64,000 nucleotides of DNA from Cirrosporium novae-zelandiae (lineage: Eukaryota). The position numbers and the translations under genes were made by a program. Within the stretch, counting starts at the first letter, position 1. Each line of letters starts with the position of its first letter. The stretch lies in the NCBI GenBank assembly GCA_026023565.1, contig JAPETS010000019.1, forward strand, positions 248,001-312,000. Reading direction: 5' to 3'. Positions 38,179 through 49,580 of this stretch are shown in pieces. The notes under the pieces were generated by a model that saw only the letters and a list, made by a program, of their open reading frames with translations, was not told the origin of the DNA and did not search any database.

Positions 38179-39983
38179 TTATAGATTCGCATGATCCACC
38201 CCGACTTTATGGTGACTTGCAAATTCACCTTGCCTCCTATCCTCCTTTTCAAGTTTTAGCAATTCCATAAAAGCCGCTCTCACGTCATGTTCATGGATCC
38301 AGACTGTATCAACTCTATTTCTCATCCTCTTCCGGAGTTCCTCGTCACTCTCATGATCCCTTTTAGGATGTAGGAGCATCCTATGCACTATATTCAATAC
38401 TCTATCTGTGTGTGGTCGTCTTGTTTTTTCGTAGAGAGTTAATGCACGTTGTATAGCTGCTGCTGTGGGTTTTTGGGATTGTGTGCTGGGAAATACATGC
38501 AACAGAGAAGAGCAAAGTGCATATGCATCATCTATTGCTAGTGAACCGCCAGCTGCAAAGGCTCCACCGTGTGCATGTGCTGCATCACCCAGGAGGGTGA
38601 CGCGTGAATTGAATACCCAGGTTTTAAGAGGAGCGCCAGCCACGTTAGGGAATAATTTCGTGCTAGGTGTCACGGCGCAAAGAGCTTTCACCACGGGATG
38701 CCAGCCCTAAGCTTAGCGTTAGAACTAGAAGATAAGAAAGAGCTTTTTTGAGACGAACTTTGTAGATATTTCGTAGATCTGCTATGTCGCCTTCATCGTT
38801 CCAAGAGGTGTGCTTATATCGAGCATTTGGACTATCAGGATCTGTATTGTAGTCTCCAACTATCGTAAATTTGTTCTTTCCTGGAGGGGGGTGTATTAGC
38901 CGTATAATCTATCATCGCTGGTGTCTATTAACCTACCTAACGGAGAGGCGAAGAAAGTATTAGTTGATCCCCACTAAATCGCAATTAGAAAAATTTCCAT
39001 ATAAGGAGTTGTACTTTCATATACCCAGTGCGTTGAATCAGAAGGTAAGTCCGGGATGTCGTCAGTCAGTGAAGCATCAAAAATAGACCTGAAGACAACT
39101 CGACCGGTCCATTTGAGTTGGTATTCTGGGACAAACGCATTCCGGACTTTCTGCTAATGGCATCAGCAGATAATCAACAACAACTTAAATATCTGGCTAT
39201 TTCAAACCGGGAGGGGATCTAGCATACCGAATGTATACCATCAGCTCCAAGCAAGATGTCGCCCGTGACCGATGTATTATCGGCGAAGAGAACAGTGACT
39301 CCTACTTCCTCATCGGCCTTTACGTCTGCTACCTTTTTGTTTAGGTGAATAATGTTCTTTGGGAGTTTCTCGAGCAGGGCTTGCTGAAGATATGCACGAT
39401 GAAATCTTGCTGTTTGGTAACGGCGTTCCGGGACATTGCAGTAGTTGTCCATGCTAACAATTTCGTTGGTCTTCCAGTGACTGCGGTTTTTCTTTAGTTG
39501 CTGCAAACACCACATCCACTAGCTTTGTGACATACCGATATATCATAGGAATTCCACTTGGGCCACGAAAGGCGATTCCATCATCCAATGCATTATCAAC
39601 TCCAAGCCTCTCCAGAGTGCGAAGTCCCTAGATGCATCTTTAGTCAGTACATGTGGTCATCCAAGCTAAGGATTTTGAGCTCTCCGGATAGTATAAAGTT
39701 TTGAGCTCGATATCTTTATTGAGAAGGTCCCTTGAAGATAATGCCTATGAGAATACACTCAACCTTTCGTTGGTAATAGCCGGTCTCACCCTTGCCAACT
39801 CAAATTACGCCGACGACCACTTACATTCGGACCCAATGCAATACTCGCGCCTATTTCTTGTAGCTCCGCTGCCTGCTCATAAACCTCGACATTAATTCCA
39901 GGGTGGTTTCGCAACGAAATGGCAACGGTAAGACCAGCAATACCGGCTCCAGCAATAATGACCTGCAATTGATCTTCTGCCAT
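38179..39983 (-). CDS. FAD-dependent monooxygenase (salicylate hydroxylase-like, group A); multi-exon
   Basis: IAGAGIAGL (GxGxxG), EIGASIALGPN, RFHRAYL, LLGADGIHS (DG motif), VTLLGDAAHAHGGAFAAGGSLAIDDA (GD motif); canonical introns. Confidence 0.9.
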
Positions 39984-40967
39984 TCTGCTTTTCCGTTGTC
40001 ATTTCGGATTAACCGAGGACAATTCATGACTTATATTGCCATTCTGATTTCTATTTTTATTTTCTTGAGACTGCATGCCGTTCTCCGATGGGGTTTCAAC
40101 CATGCAAAAATGATAAGAGATTCACTACAAGCACGCCATGAAGATGAGGGGTACTTTATCAGCACGTAAGAGCAGGGGTGTCATTGTTCCAGAATGCGGC
40201 AATGCAGATATCCAAAACTTCCAACTTGGATACGTGCAAGTACGTAAGGTAGGTAATCATTTAATGGTGGAGGTCGAAGATGCGTTATTTAGCTAACCAT
40301 GCCAAGTTCGGAGTTTTTGTTTCTCCGAAGCTTCATTTTCCTCCACAATGTGCATTTTCGGCATAGATTTAGATAACATAATATTATAATATACCTAGGC
40401 ACTCAACTAGCCAGATGAGCGCAATGGAACCACTTATTATATCCACGGAGCCTTTCTTTCATTCTTTAATAGTATATCGAAGGAACGTCATAGCCAAAGA
40501 TATCGATTCCAAAAGTTGGACTGTGATCCACCACCCTCTGGATTTATCATCTTTATCATCTTTGAATCCGATAAGGGCATTGGTTCAATAGCCTTGTCGT
40601 CTTGTGGTGGTTCATATCAAGGATTAATTGACGAATGTCGCCTTCATGCAGACTATCTTTGCTTTTGCCAATGTTTCCTTCCTTGAGCCTGCATTATCAA
40701 CATCCATTGCCTACATATTCATAGACAATGATATTTGATTAAACATCAGCGAATGCCTACCACACCATCACTAATTCAGGACCTGTATGACGTCTTTTTA
40801 AGCTAAAGACTATTATCTCACATGGGTTTGGTATATCTGTGTATTAAAACCCAAGATATGATGGATCCTATTCCAAGTGAAATATCATCCATTGAAGGGG
40901 CTGATCTCTATCACATATATTCTATCTATCAATGTCAGCATTTTATCTTCCATCTTAGTATCTCAAT

Positions 40968-43159
40968 ATGAATCCCAACCTCAAAGCTATTCCTACAGAG
41001 GAAGTAAACTCAGTCGTGGACGTTCCCATACTCCCCGATCGGTACGCCGATGAAAGCTACAAACTCTTCTCCAAGATCAAAGTCGACGACCCCACTCCCG
41101 AGGAAGCAAGTCACATCCGTAATAAGTGTATTCGATGGATCTTGCCATTTATTTGTGTTGGTGTGTCTTTGTTTATACCTATCACAAATGGGGTTGAATG
41201 AAGCTGAGCATATACCTATCAGGCTATCATGTAATGTACGTGGACAAGCAAACGGTATGGTCAAAATGAACTTGTCTTTCGGAGAAAGGCTAGCTAATCC
41301 AGAGAGATAGCTTGGAAGTTCTGCAATCCTCGGAATTATGGAAGATGCACATCTTAATTCAAACCAATACAACTGGCTATCCTCGATATTCTATTTTGGA
41401 TACCTGTTGTCTGAGTATCCCCAGAATTGGGCTCTTCAGAGGTTTCCTGTTGGGAAATGGCTAGCTATTAACCTCCTTGTCTGGTATAATTATTCCCTAG
41501 CTTGTGCTAGGACTACTCAACTCAACTTGGGTTTGCTTACACTTTCAGGGGCGGATTTACCCTCCTTCACATTCCTTGCCATAACTTTGCAGGCCTTTTT
41601 GTTGTTCGATTCTTTCTAGGCACGGCAGAGGCATGCATTGTTCCTGCCTTCCTCTTGACACTGTCTATGTTCTTTACATATCATGAGCAAGCGGTCCTTA
41701 TGCCATGCATGTGGGCTATTGGCAACGCGAGTCCTATAACAAGTGGCTTGCTGAGTTATGGTAAACTCATTTGGTATTAGACCCATATTTCATTGAGCTG
41801 ACTTACCACTACTCTCAGGTGTCCTCTGGATTAATACAGGCGGGTTCAATCCTTGGAAGTGGTTCATGGGTGAGTTCCATTATTAAAGGACCATATGAAT
41901 AAGATGATAAGATCGTAATGTCACTAGTCATCACCGGAGGTATCACTATACTTCTAGGAATTAGTATATGGCTTTTCTTTCCAGATAGTCCATTGAATGC
42001 AAAATTTCTTACCCCCGAGGAGCGAGGACAAGCCATCTTACGTATCAAAGAGAACCACTCCGGAATTGAGCAGAAAAGATTCAAGAAATACCAGTAAGCC
42101 CCCATTTTTAATCTACAGAAGCGTTATCCGATGATGCTGAGTTCCCAAATTAGGTTCATGGAGGCGATGAGGGATCCAAAAACATGGATGTTCTTTCTCC
42201 ATGCTTGGTCTCAAGAAATGGCAAATGGCTTAACTAATCAATATTCGCTGATTATCAACTCCTTCGGATTTACTGTACTCCAAACCACACTTCTAGGATG
42301 TGTATCTGGATTGACAGCCTTTGTTTCTCTTGGTGCAGCGGCAGTGGTCCTTGCGAAAACCAAGGTAAGTAGCATCCAAGCCAGCGATCGGGAAAAACAG
42401 AGGGGAACAAAGAGTTAATGCACCAACTATTATAGAATTGCAGAGCCTGGTTATCTGCTGCCTCCTACCTTCCCCCAGCCATCTCAAGTATCTTGCTGCT
42501 GACACTCCCATGGTCAAACCGATGGGGTCTCCTCACAGCAATATGGATCCGCAGCACAGGTGGAATTCCATACGCGGTTGTCATGATCTGGGCTGCTAAT
42601 GCTTCGGCTGGACATACCAAGAAAACCACTGTTATTGCCCTTTACCATGTTGGATACGGGCTGGGCAACATCTTGTCACCACAACTCTTTCAGGCTCGGT
42701 GGAAGGTAGACTTTAGTTTTCCTCACTTCCAAACCCATTTTCAATTAATAGCCAAGATGTGTAAAAGACTGACTCCACATGACCCAGCCACGATACTACC
42801 CAACTTGGACCGTTATCCTCGTCGTAGGCCCACCTCTATATCCCCACTCCTTAAAATGTAATTCCAACCTAATCAAAATCAGGTCGCCAACATCTTCCCC
42901 ACCTTCCTCGTCCTATTCCTGCGCTGGTACCTCGTGCGGGAGAACAAGCGTCGAGATGTCCTTGCAGCTACACATCAGGTCCAAGACACCGGGGTCATAG
43001 AGCACGTTGATCTCGACGGTACGAAGGCTACCGAAGTTGTTGATAGCAACCAACTCGATCTCACTGATCGGGAGAACCTGGCTTTGTGAGTTTAGCTTTT
43101 CTGGGTATGGATTTGGGGTTGGGCTAACTTGGTGCTTTTGTAGCCGATATGTTTTGTGA
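40968..43159 (+). CDS. MFS transporter, anion:cation symporter (Dal5/allantoate permease-like); many introns
   Basis: YVDKQTLGSSAILG, YNWLSSIFYFGYL, EYPQNWALQRFP, FFPDSPLNAKFL, NASAGHTKK, GNILSPQLF, C-terminal DLTDRENLAFRYVL* (TGA 43157-43159). Confidence 0.92.
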
Positions 43160-43686
43160 TGATGAGATGAGATAAGGTTGGGTCTGTGAGGGGAGGGGTT
43201 AGTATTGTTCATATATATGGGTTTCTATATTTAGGCGATGGGGGAACATGTCAATCATAATAGATTCCTTAACTCCAAAGACTATACAAGTTACTCAGGA
43301 CCTTGCTCTCAGAAGAAACTCCTAGCTCTTTTCAAATACCTAAAACGCCATATCCGCCCTCCTTCCCCAGATATTAATCCCAAACGCCTAGAAGTCCGCC
43401 CTCCATGAAGACCAAACACATATCTCCTCAACTCCAACTCACTCCTATCCACCTCTCCAATCCCAATCAACCCTCCCCCTCCCGGTTGTCCTTCCTTCAC
43501 AAAAGGGATCCACCAATTTCATCTATCATTAAGGAGACTTTCAACCCACAATAGGGATCTCATCTCAACGAGCATTCATTCCAAGGTGGGCTTTTTGGTT
43601 TGAGGACTTTAGGGAGGCCTTTGGGCAGGATGGGGAAATTGGTGAACTCGTGGTTCATACGCTCAGTGTGGAATTGTGCGAAGGAG

Positions 43687-46600
43687 TTATTCGTATAGGG
43701 CACCGGCAGCTGTTAATATGGCCATTGCTTTTCTCTTTCTTTCGTCAAAGACTCTCAATCCAGGGCGATGCGTCCACCATAAAGACGTATGCCCATTCTC
43801 ATCTCTAGAGTTGATATCAACATTTTCGTCCAGCAGCAATTTCACTACCGTTTTATATCCTTTTTCAGCTGCATACAATAACGGTGTAAGCCTATAATAA
43901 TCTTTACTGTCAGTTTCGGCTTTTTGATCCAGCAGCAATTTCACTATCGCTTCTCGTCCATATTGAGCTGCGTACGACAATGGCGTACGCCCAAAACCAT
44001 CCTTACTATCAGTTTTAGCTTTGTAGTGCAGCAGCAATCTCACTATCCTTTCATGTCCATTTTGACCTGCATACGACAATGGCGTACGCTCCCCTTTATC
44101 CATGAGATTTATTCCATCGTCACTATTACTAAAGCTCTTAATAATAGCCTCGACGACATTTTTTAAATTATAATATGAAGCGATATGCAATAATGTCTGT
44201 TGTGTATATATAATGTAGGGGGGATAACCACCAACGCCAATACATTTAAGCTTCATCCAACGGTGCAAAAGCTTATTTTCCGGCCAATTCCAGTAATTTA
44301 AAATCTCGTCTTGATTTTCATTCACCCCGTTTTGCTCTGCTATTTGAATATGTAGTGGCCAAAACTTTATAGCATATCGTAGCAATGGATAATGGGTCTG
44401 AAACTGAATGGAAATTTGCTCTTTTGCATCCAGACTCCTATCCTCTAGAGGGGTTTGGGCTTTTTCAATCTCGCTTATTGATCGATGAATCTCTTCCATA
44501 ATGAAATATTTAATGCACCTCTTCGATAATTCGAAATGTGCACGACCAATAAGGATTTTATTTGACTGGAAGTCGAATAAAATCTGCAGTCCTTCTTCGA
44601 TAAAGTAATCTTGGACTGACTGATGAATGAACTGTACAATTGGTATATTCATACTTTGATGACTAACTTCGCCAAGACCTCCAGAAAGATATTTGACACG
44701 ATTTATCATTTCGGGTTGTGTAGGTTTCTGATAAGGAGTGTCATCGTTGATGGCGATAGCACAGTGGAGTTCCATTAATGTAAGGGATCGAATTGCCAAG
44801 CATATCCATTGAATGAGTTCCCATGACTGAGATAGATCATCTTCGGCATCGGCTTCTCTTTTAAGACTCTCTAGGATATACTTGTAAAGACTGTTCAGCT
44901 CCTTCGGTATCTTCTGTAAGCCAGCTTTAATCTTATTTATAGGGTTTCCCTTTGCACACTGTAAGATAGCACGAGGAAGGACAAGAACAACCCATTGGAA
45001 GCTGCCGGAAGACCTGTTTAGAATTTCGTCTTCGATTGACGCCCATTCTTTAGGATATTTTGTTGTTGGAGCTGGCCTTGAATGTATTTTCTGATATCCT
45101 CATAGTTTTGTTGCTCAACACAAATCTCAAGCCCACCAAAAGAAGTAACGAAAGGATAATGGCAACAGGAAAAGCATATACTTAGTTTATGTGAGGCAGA
45201 GTTGCATGCTAATTGTAAGGCACCGAACCAATGAACAAGTTCACAAGCTGCTTTTTCGCCGGCTTCGTCAAGGGCATCAATAAATATTTTTATATCCCCT
45301 TTTCTGAGGACGATTGGGAGAGCGGCTTGAACAAAGTCCTGTAATTCCTGTGGGTGCTATTCCCACCTTTCTCCTTCTTTCCCTATGCTCTGGCATTTTT
45401 TGTTGAAAACTTGAACAACTTCAGATAGGACGCCGGGAAATCGTTCTATTAACTGATGCAAAAGTGACCGGAAGAGTCCTAAAGGCGTTTTCTGGAGATC
45501 GTTGCCGCGGCCATGGAAAAAGAATGAAAGGATAACAAAATTGTTTGAAGAACGAAATTCATCATTATTTATATGCCGAAGAGCGTATTTAAGCAGGATT
45601 GGTTTTCCTGCTCCTGGTTTCCCTTTGATCCAGAGCAACCTTCCGCTCTCAGAAAGCCATTCACAGGTCCCGTTGGCTGCGTGTTTAACGTCATTCTCGC
45701 GATCATTTAATTGTATAAACGACAAAGATTGTAAGCAAGCTAGGGTTATTAGTGAATCATCAAATCGCTGGTAGCCTTCGTCGCCAGGATTCGCGAATTT
45801 TGCTATATCCTAGGGTTGTTAGTCTAATCTACTAAAAAGTAACTAGTTCATCATATAATTACTTCATGATTTGCCTGAATTGGTAGCAGCGGGCGTCCGT
45901 TAACAAGTTTTGCCGACTCTTTAGAGACAACCTTGAATGGATTAGCAAGAAAATATTCATTAATTATACAACGACAGAAATTTACCAGTCCTATTCCGAG
46001 ATATGGTAAGGTTTCGTAGAAGCAAGATAAACCAAAATCAATAGATTTTGGCAGCACCCATCCACCAAAGGATTCTTCTACATCAGCCAGCATTTCAGAA
46101 TCTTATTTTAACAATTTGGCGATGTTATCATTGACCCGCATATGACCTGCTTTAAGCACTGAGGCTACAAATAAGACAAACGGTGCTAGGTTAGCCCCTC
46201 GATCTGGTGTGCCTAAAAAGGCCACGCCTATCGTGCACTTGTCTAACTGCTGCAAATGAGGACTGGCGTCATTCTTAGATAAGGAGAGAGCTTTTTTCGT
46301 CACCAAACCACCGAGGCTATGCGCTATAAGTATTATGTTTCGATTTCCATATAATAAATCACAGTTAGAAATCAATCATCATTACAGTATACAGGTGGAC
46401 AAGCCTCTTACAGATTTATCTTTTGCCCTTAGACGTACAAGGTCTCCATTTAGGGCTGAAGCATGGTCACGGAGGTTTCCCTGGCCCACAGGTCCTAGAA
46501 ATCTAGTAACATCTGCATCATATCCAAATGCCAGAATTCGGGCACTCGGCATATCCTTGGTTAAAAGATCAACTGGCTAGTATATCCCCGTTTTCTTCTC

Positions 46601-46876
46601 CAACCACGTCCCGTACGAGTTGCCCATCAGGCCATGGATGAAGATGATATCCACGGAGGGTTCGACGTGTTCCACAGTAGGCTCGTATAAAATTCGTAAG
46701 CCATAGTGATATCTATTTGGAAAAAGTTCCACATCTTTATCCTTTATCAGCGGTTGAAGGGTATTCTGCTGGATTGGAGATTTGTCCTCTCGGAGAGGCT
46801 CTTCGTCGGTGTTTTCTCTGCCTAGGGGAAGATCCCTTCTCGGTTTCTTGAAAGGTCTTTCAAATAGTCGAGACAT
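43687..46876 (-). pseudogene. Fungal NLR: N-terminal alpha/beta-hydrolase (SesB/PGAP1-like) + NACHT + ankyrin repeats; disrupted
   Basis: DIIFIHGLMG, RILAFGYDAD, AHSLGG, FLGTP; NACHT WIKGKPGAGK, SFFFHGRG, IFIDALDE, FQWVVLV, QFIHQSVQDY; ankyrin RTPLSYA repeats. In-frame stops at 46579-46577, 46105-46103 and 45359-45357, plus frameshift(s) near 45050-45250. Confidence 0.88.
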
Positions 46877-47818
46877 ACTTGGTGACAGTGACGCAATGAA
46901 TAGTCATATTATCATAGAAAAATGGCATTCAAGAAGTTCTTAATATCTGAGTGAAAAGCCGGAACGCCCAACCTTTTCCAGTATCAGTACTTGACTAGCA
47001 TCGCCCAGCCTTGGAGAATCACTCCTCGCTATTGGATCTCTCTAATTGGTAGCAGCAGCAGATAGCGCTTATGGGGCTAGAGACCATCCTAGATCATACA
47101 ATGCAGTAATGGTATGATATAATAAACCGAAAGGCTCTTATTCCACCATCTCCCAAAGTACCCCTTGGAATTCTCCAGTCGTTCCCCGCAACGTTTCGCC
47201 GTCAAGGCAAGCCTCGTTACAAAGCATCAACTATCAACAACTAAGTGCGCCTTGAGCATTAGCCTCCAAGGTATAACTTGGCGCTTCGGGTTGGACAAAA
47301 CAGGAACTTCATGAACGGCTAAGTTATAGGCTCTTAATATATATTAACTCTGACAGGATAGTTGGCCTCAAGCACTTGCAATTTGTGCCCCTAGGGAGGG
47401 GTTGACCTGCTTCTAGGAGTTGAAAGATAAATAAATGATGGCTCAAATAGCATAAGTAGAAGAAAATGCCGCAACTGCATCAACTAGCCAGGACCTGCTT
47501 GCTCAACCGAAAAAATAACCATGTTTCGCCGACCGATGATACTACAATCTTGAAGATAACCAACGTCACAAATTAGATTTTTAGCATAAAAACTTTATAT
47601 CACGTTTGTTTCTTCTGGCCCTGGAGAGGAAGTAGCATGCTAAGTAGGCAGTCGGTGTAGAAGGTTAGAAAAGGGGACCTCGGGCACTTGCTGCTCTATC
47701 CGGACTCCGGAGACATGCCGTCCCTCTTTGAGGGAGGACGTCTCCTTCGCGAGAAAGCGACCGTCTTAAGAAACATTAATCCAATTCTAACCAAAGAAAT
47801 GGAATGACAAGCTCATTG

Positions 47819-47907
47819 GCATTAGTGGTTTAGTGGTAAAATTCGTCGTTGCCATCCAATGATAATTCGGATTCGACGAGCCCCGTGTTCGATTCACGGC
47901 TAATGCA
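47819..47907 (+). tRNA. tRNA-Gly(GCC) with an 18-nt intron (47855-47872)
   Basis: Acceptor stem GCATTAG/CTAATGC, D-loop AGTGGTA, anticodon stem CGTCG/CGACG with GCC at 47851-47853, T-arm CCGTG-TTCGATT-CACGG; T7 Pol III terminator at 47916-47922. Confidence 0.95.
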
Positions 47908-48570
47908 AAAGGTTGTTTTTTTAGGTTTTTAAGTTAGTGGGCGGGGAGGATATTGCAGTAGGAACAAAGTCCCCATAACAGACCAGACAGATAAAGCAGC
48001 AAAATTATGTCATATTATTTATATTCAGATATGGAATCTAGGCAGGACACCCAGGTTTGAGCAGGACCCCCGTTTTTGGGCAAGGCAACTAAAGCAGCAA
48101 TTGCTTGACAATCTTTCATGAAATTGCCCACATTACTTCTTATCATAGGCAGTCAATAAACTAATTTATCTATTTAGTTTTGGTCAACGATCGGGAGCTC
48201 ATAGTCTATCGTGCTTAGTGATGGGCAAAATTCGGAATCTAGACAATACATTCTGAATTCACGTAAATTTCGGGCCACCACGAATGGTGCCTGCTGTACG
48301 ATCCCGCCATACCCGCATATACCCCGGTAAATATTTTCTAATCGACAATACTATCCTGGTATAAGGAGGTAAGTATAGGAAGCCCTCCAATGAAGCATGC
48401 CTGGATTAGGGCTAATTAGGTATAGGGACGAAAGCCTCGATGTGACAGGCGTCAGATAGCAAGCTTGGCGCAGGTTGCCAGCAGGATTATACCAGGAGGT
48501 GAGCGCAAACAGGAAGGCTGAATGGGGGTTTTGAATCTGAAAAGAAGGTGAATAGGGCCCTATTTTGTAA

Positions 48571-49294
48571 GGCCCAAGGGTGGTTCGCATGTTTAAAGGT
48601 GCAGCCGCTTAAAAATGAAAGCGACTAAATCTAGAAAGGTGACATTGAGAAGACCAAAGAGCAAAAATCAGTTACGGGTATGTGAGAACTGATTTTGTTT
48701 GAAGGCTCGAGGGTGGTTCACCCTTCAAGCCTGCGAGCCACCCTCGGCCTCTCCAAGATCACTTCTCTGGGTCTGGTCCCTTTCATTTTTATTTTCGGTG
48801 AATTGCTCGGATACCACCTACCACCCCCTCCCCACTGCTTGTGCACGCGGGCACTATTTTAACTGCAGCAGCTACACGCTGCTTTGAAGCCCCTTTTCTC
48901 ACTCTATCTAACATCAAAAATTTACCAGTCAAAGTAAGCTGGCGAATATATAAACTATTTATCTACCACTCCTATCTACCTACGCCATCCATTTACCCAC
49001 TCCATATATTTACCTATACAGATACGCTGATAAATGGAATGACGCTGATAAATAGATGGTGTAGATAGATGGATGATATAGGTGGATGGATGGATGGGCG
49101 TACTGATATTTGTAAGTAAACTAGTAATATTCAGTTTTACAAACAGCGAAACTCTAAAAGTCGAGCATTACTAAATAGGGTAACCCCAAGAGCACGATGG
49201 AGAGGGGGTGGTAGATGGTATCCGAACAATTTACTGTTTTTATTTTTATCGAATGGTGTAACGCACCATCAAACATGCGAACCACCCTCCGCCC
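48571..49294. mobile_element. Candidate non-autonomous element (MITE-like), ~720 bp
   Basis: AGGGTGGTTCGCATGTTTAAAGGTGC (48577-48602) is the inverted copy of 49263-49288 at 24/26 positions. No credible ORF inside; no clear TSD. Confidence 0.6.
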
Positions 49295-49580
49295 CAGATA
49301 CCGAATATCTCTAAGAGGGGACCTGGCTACGCCTTTAAGCGATATTTTATTTTATAGTAATAGGATACGGCGCGCCTTCAACGCCACCATGCATTACTCG
49401 AGTACTACTAGCGCTGAAGCTGCTGTCATCTCACCTAGATCTATTTGCAGTTGGATTTTGTAGGGCCATGACGTTCCCAAGATCTGCAGCTGGGTGCTGG
49501 GTACTGGGTGGTTGCGCAATAATTATATATGATAGATCGCCCAGCCTTGCCCAGATGGCCGGATAAAATTCATAAAGTGG

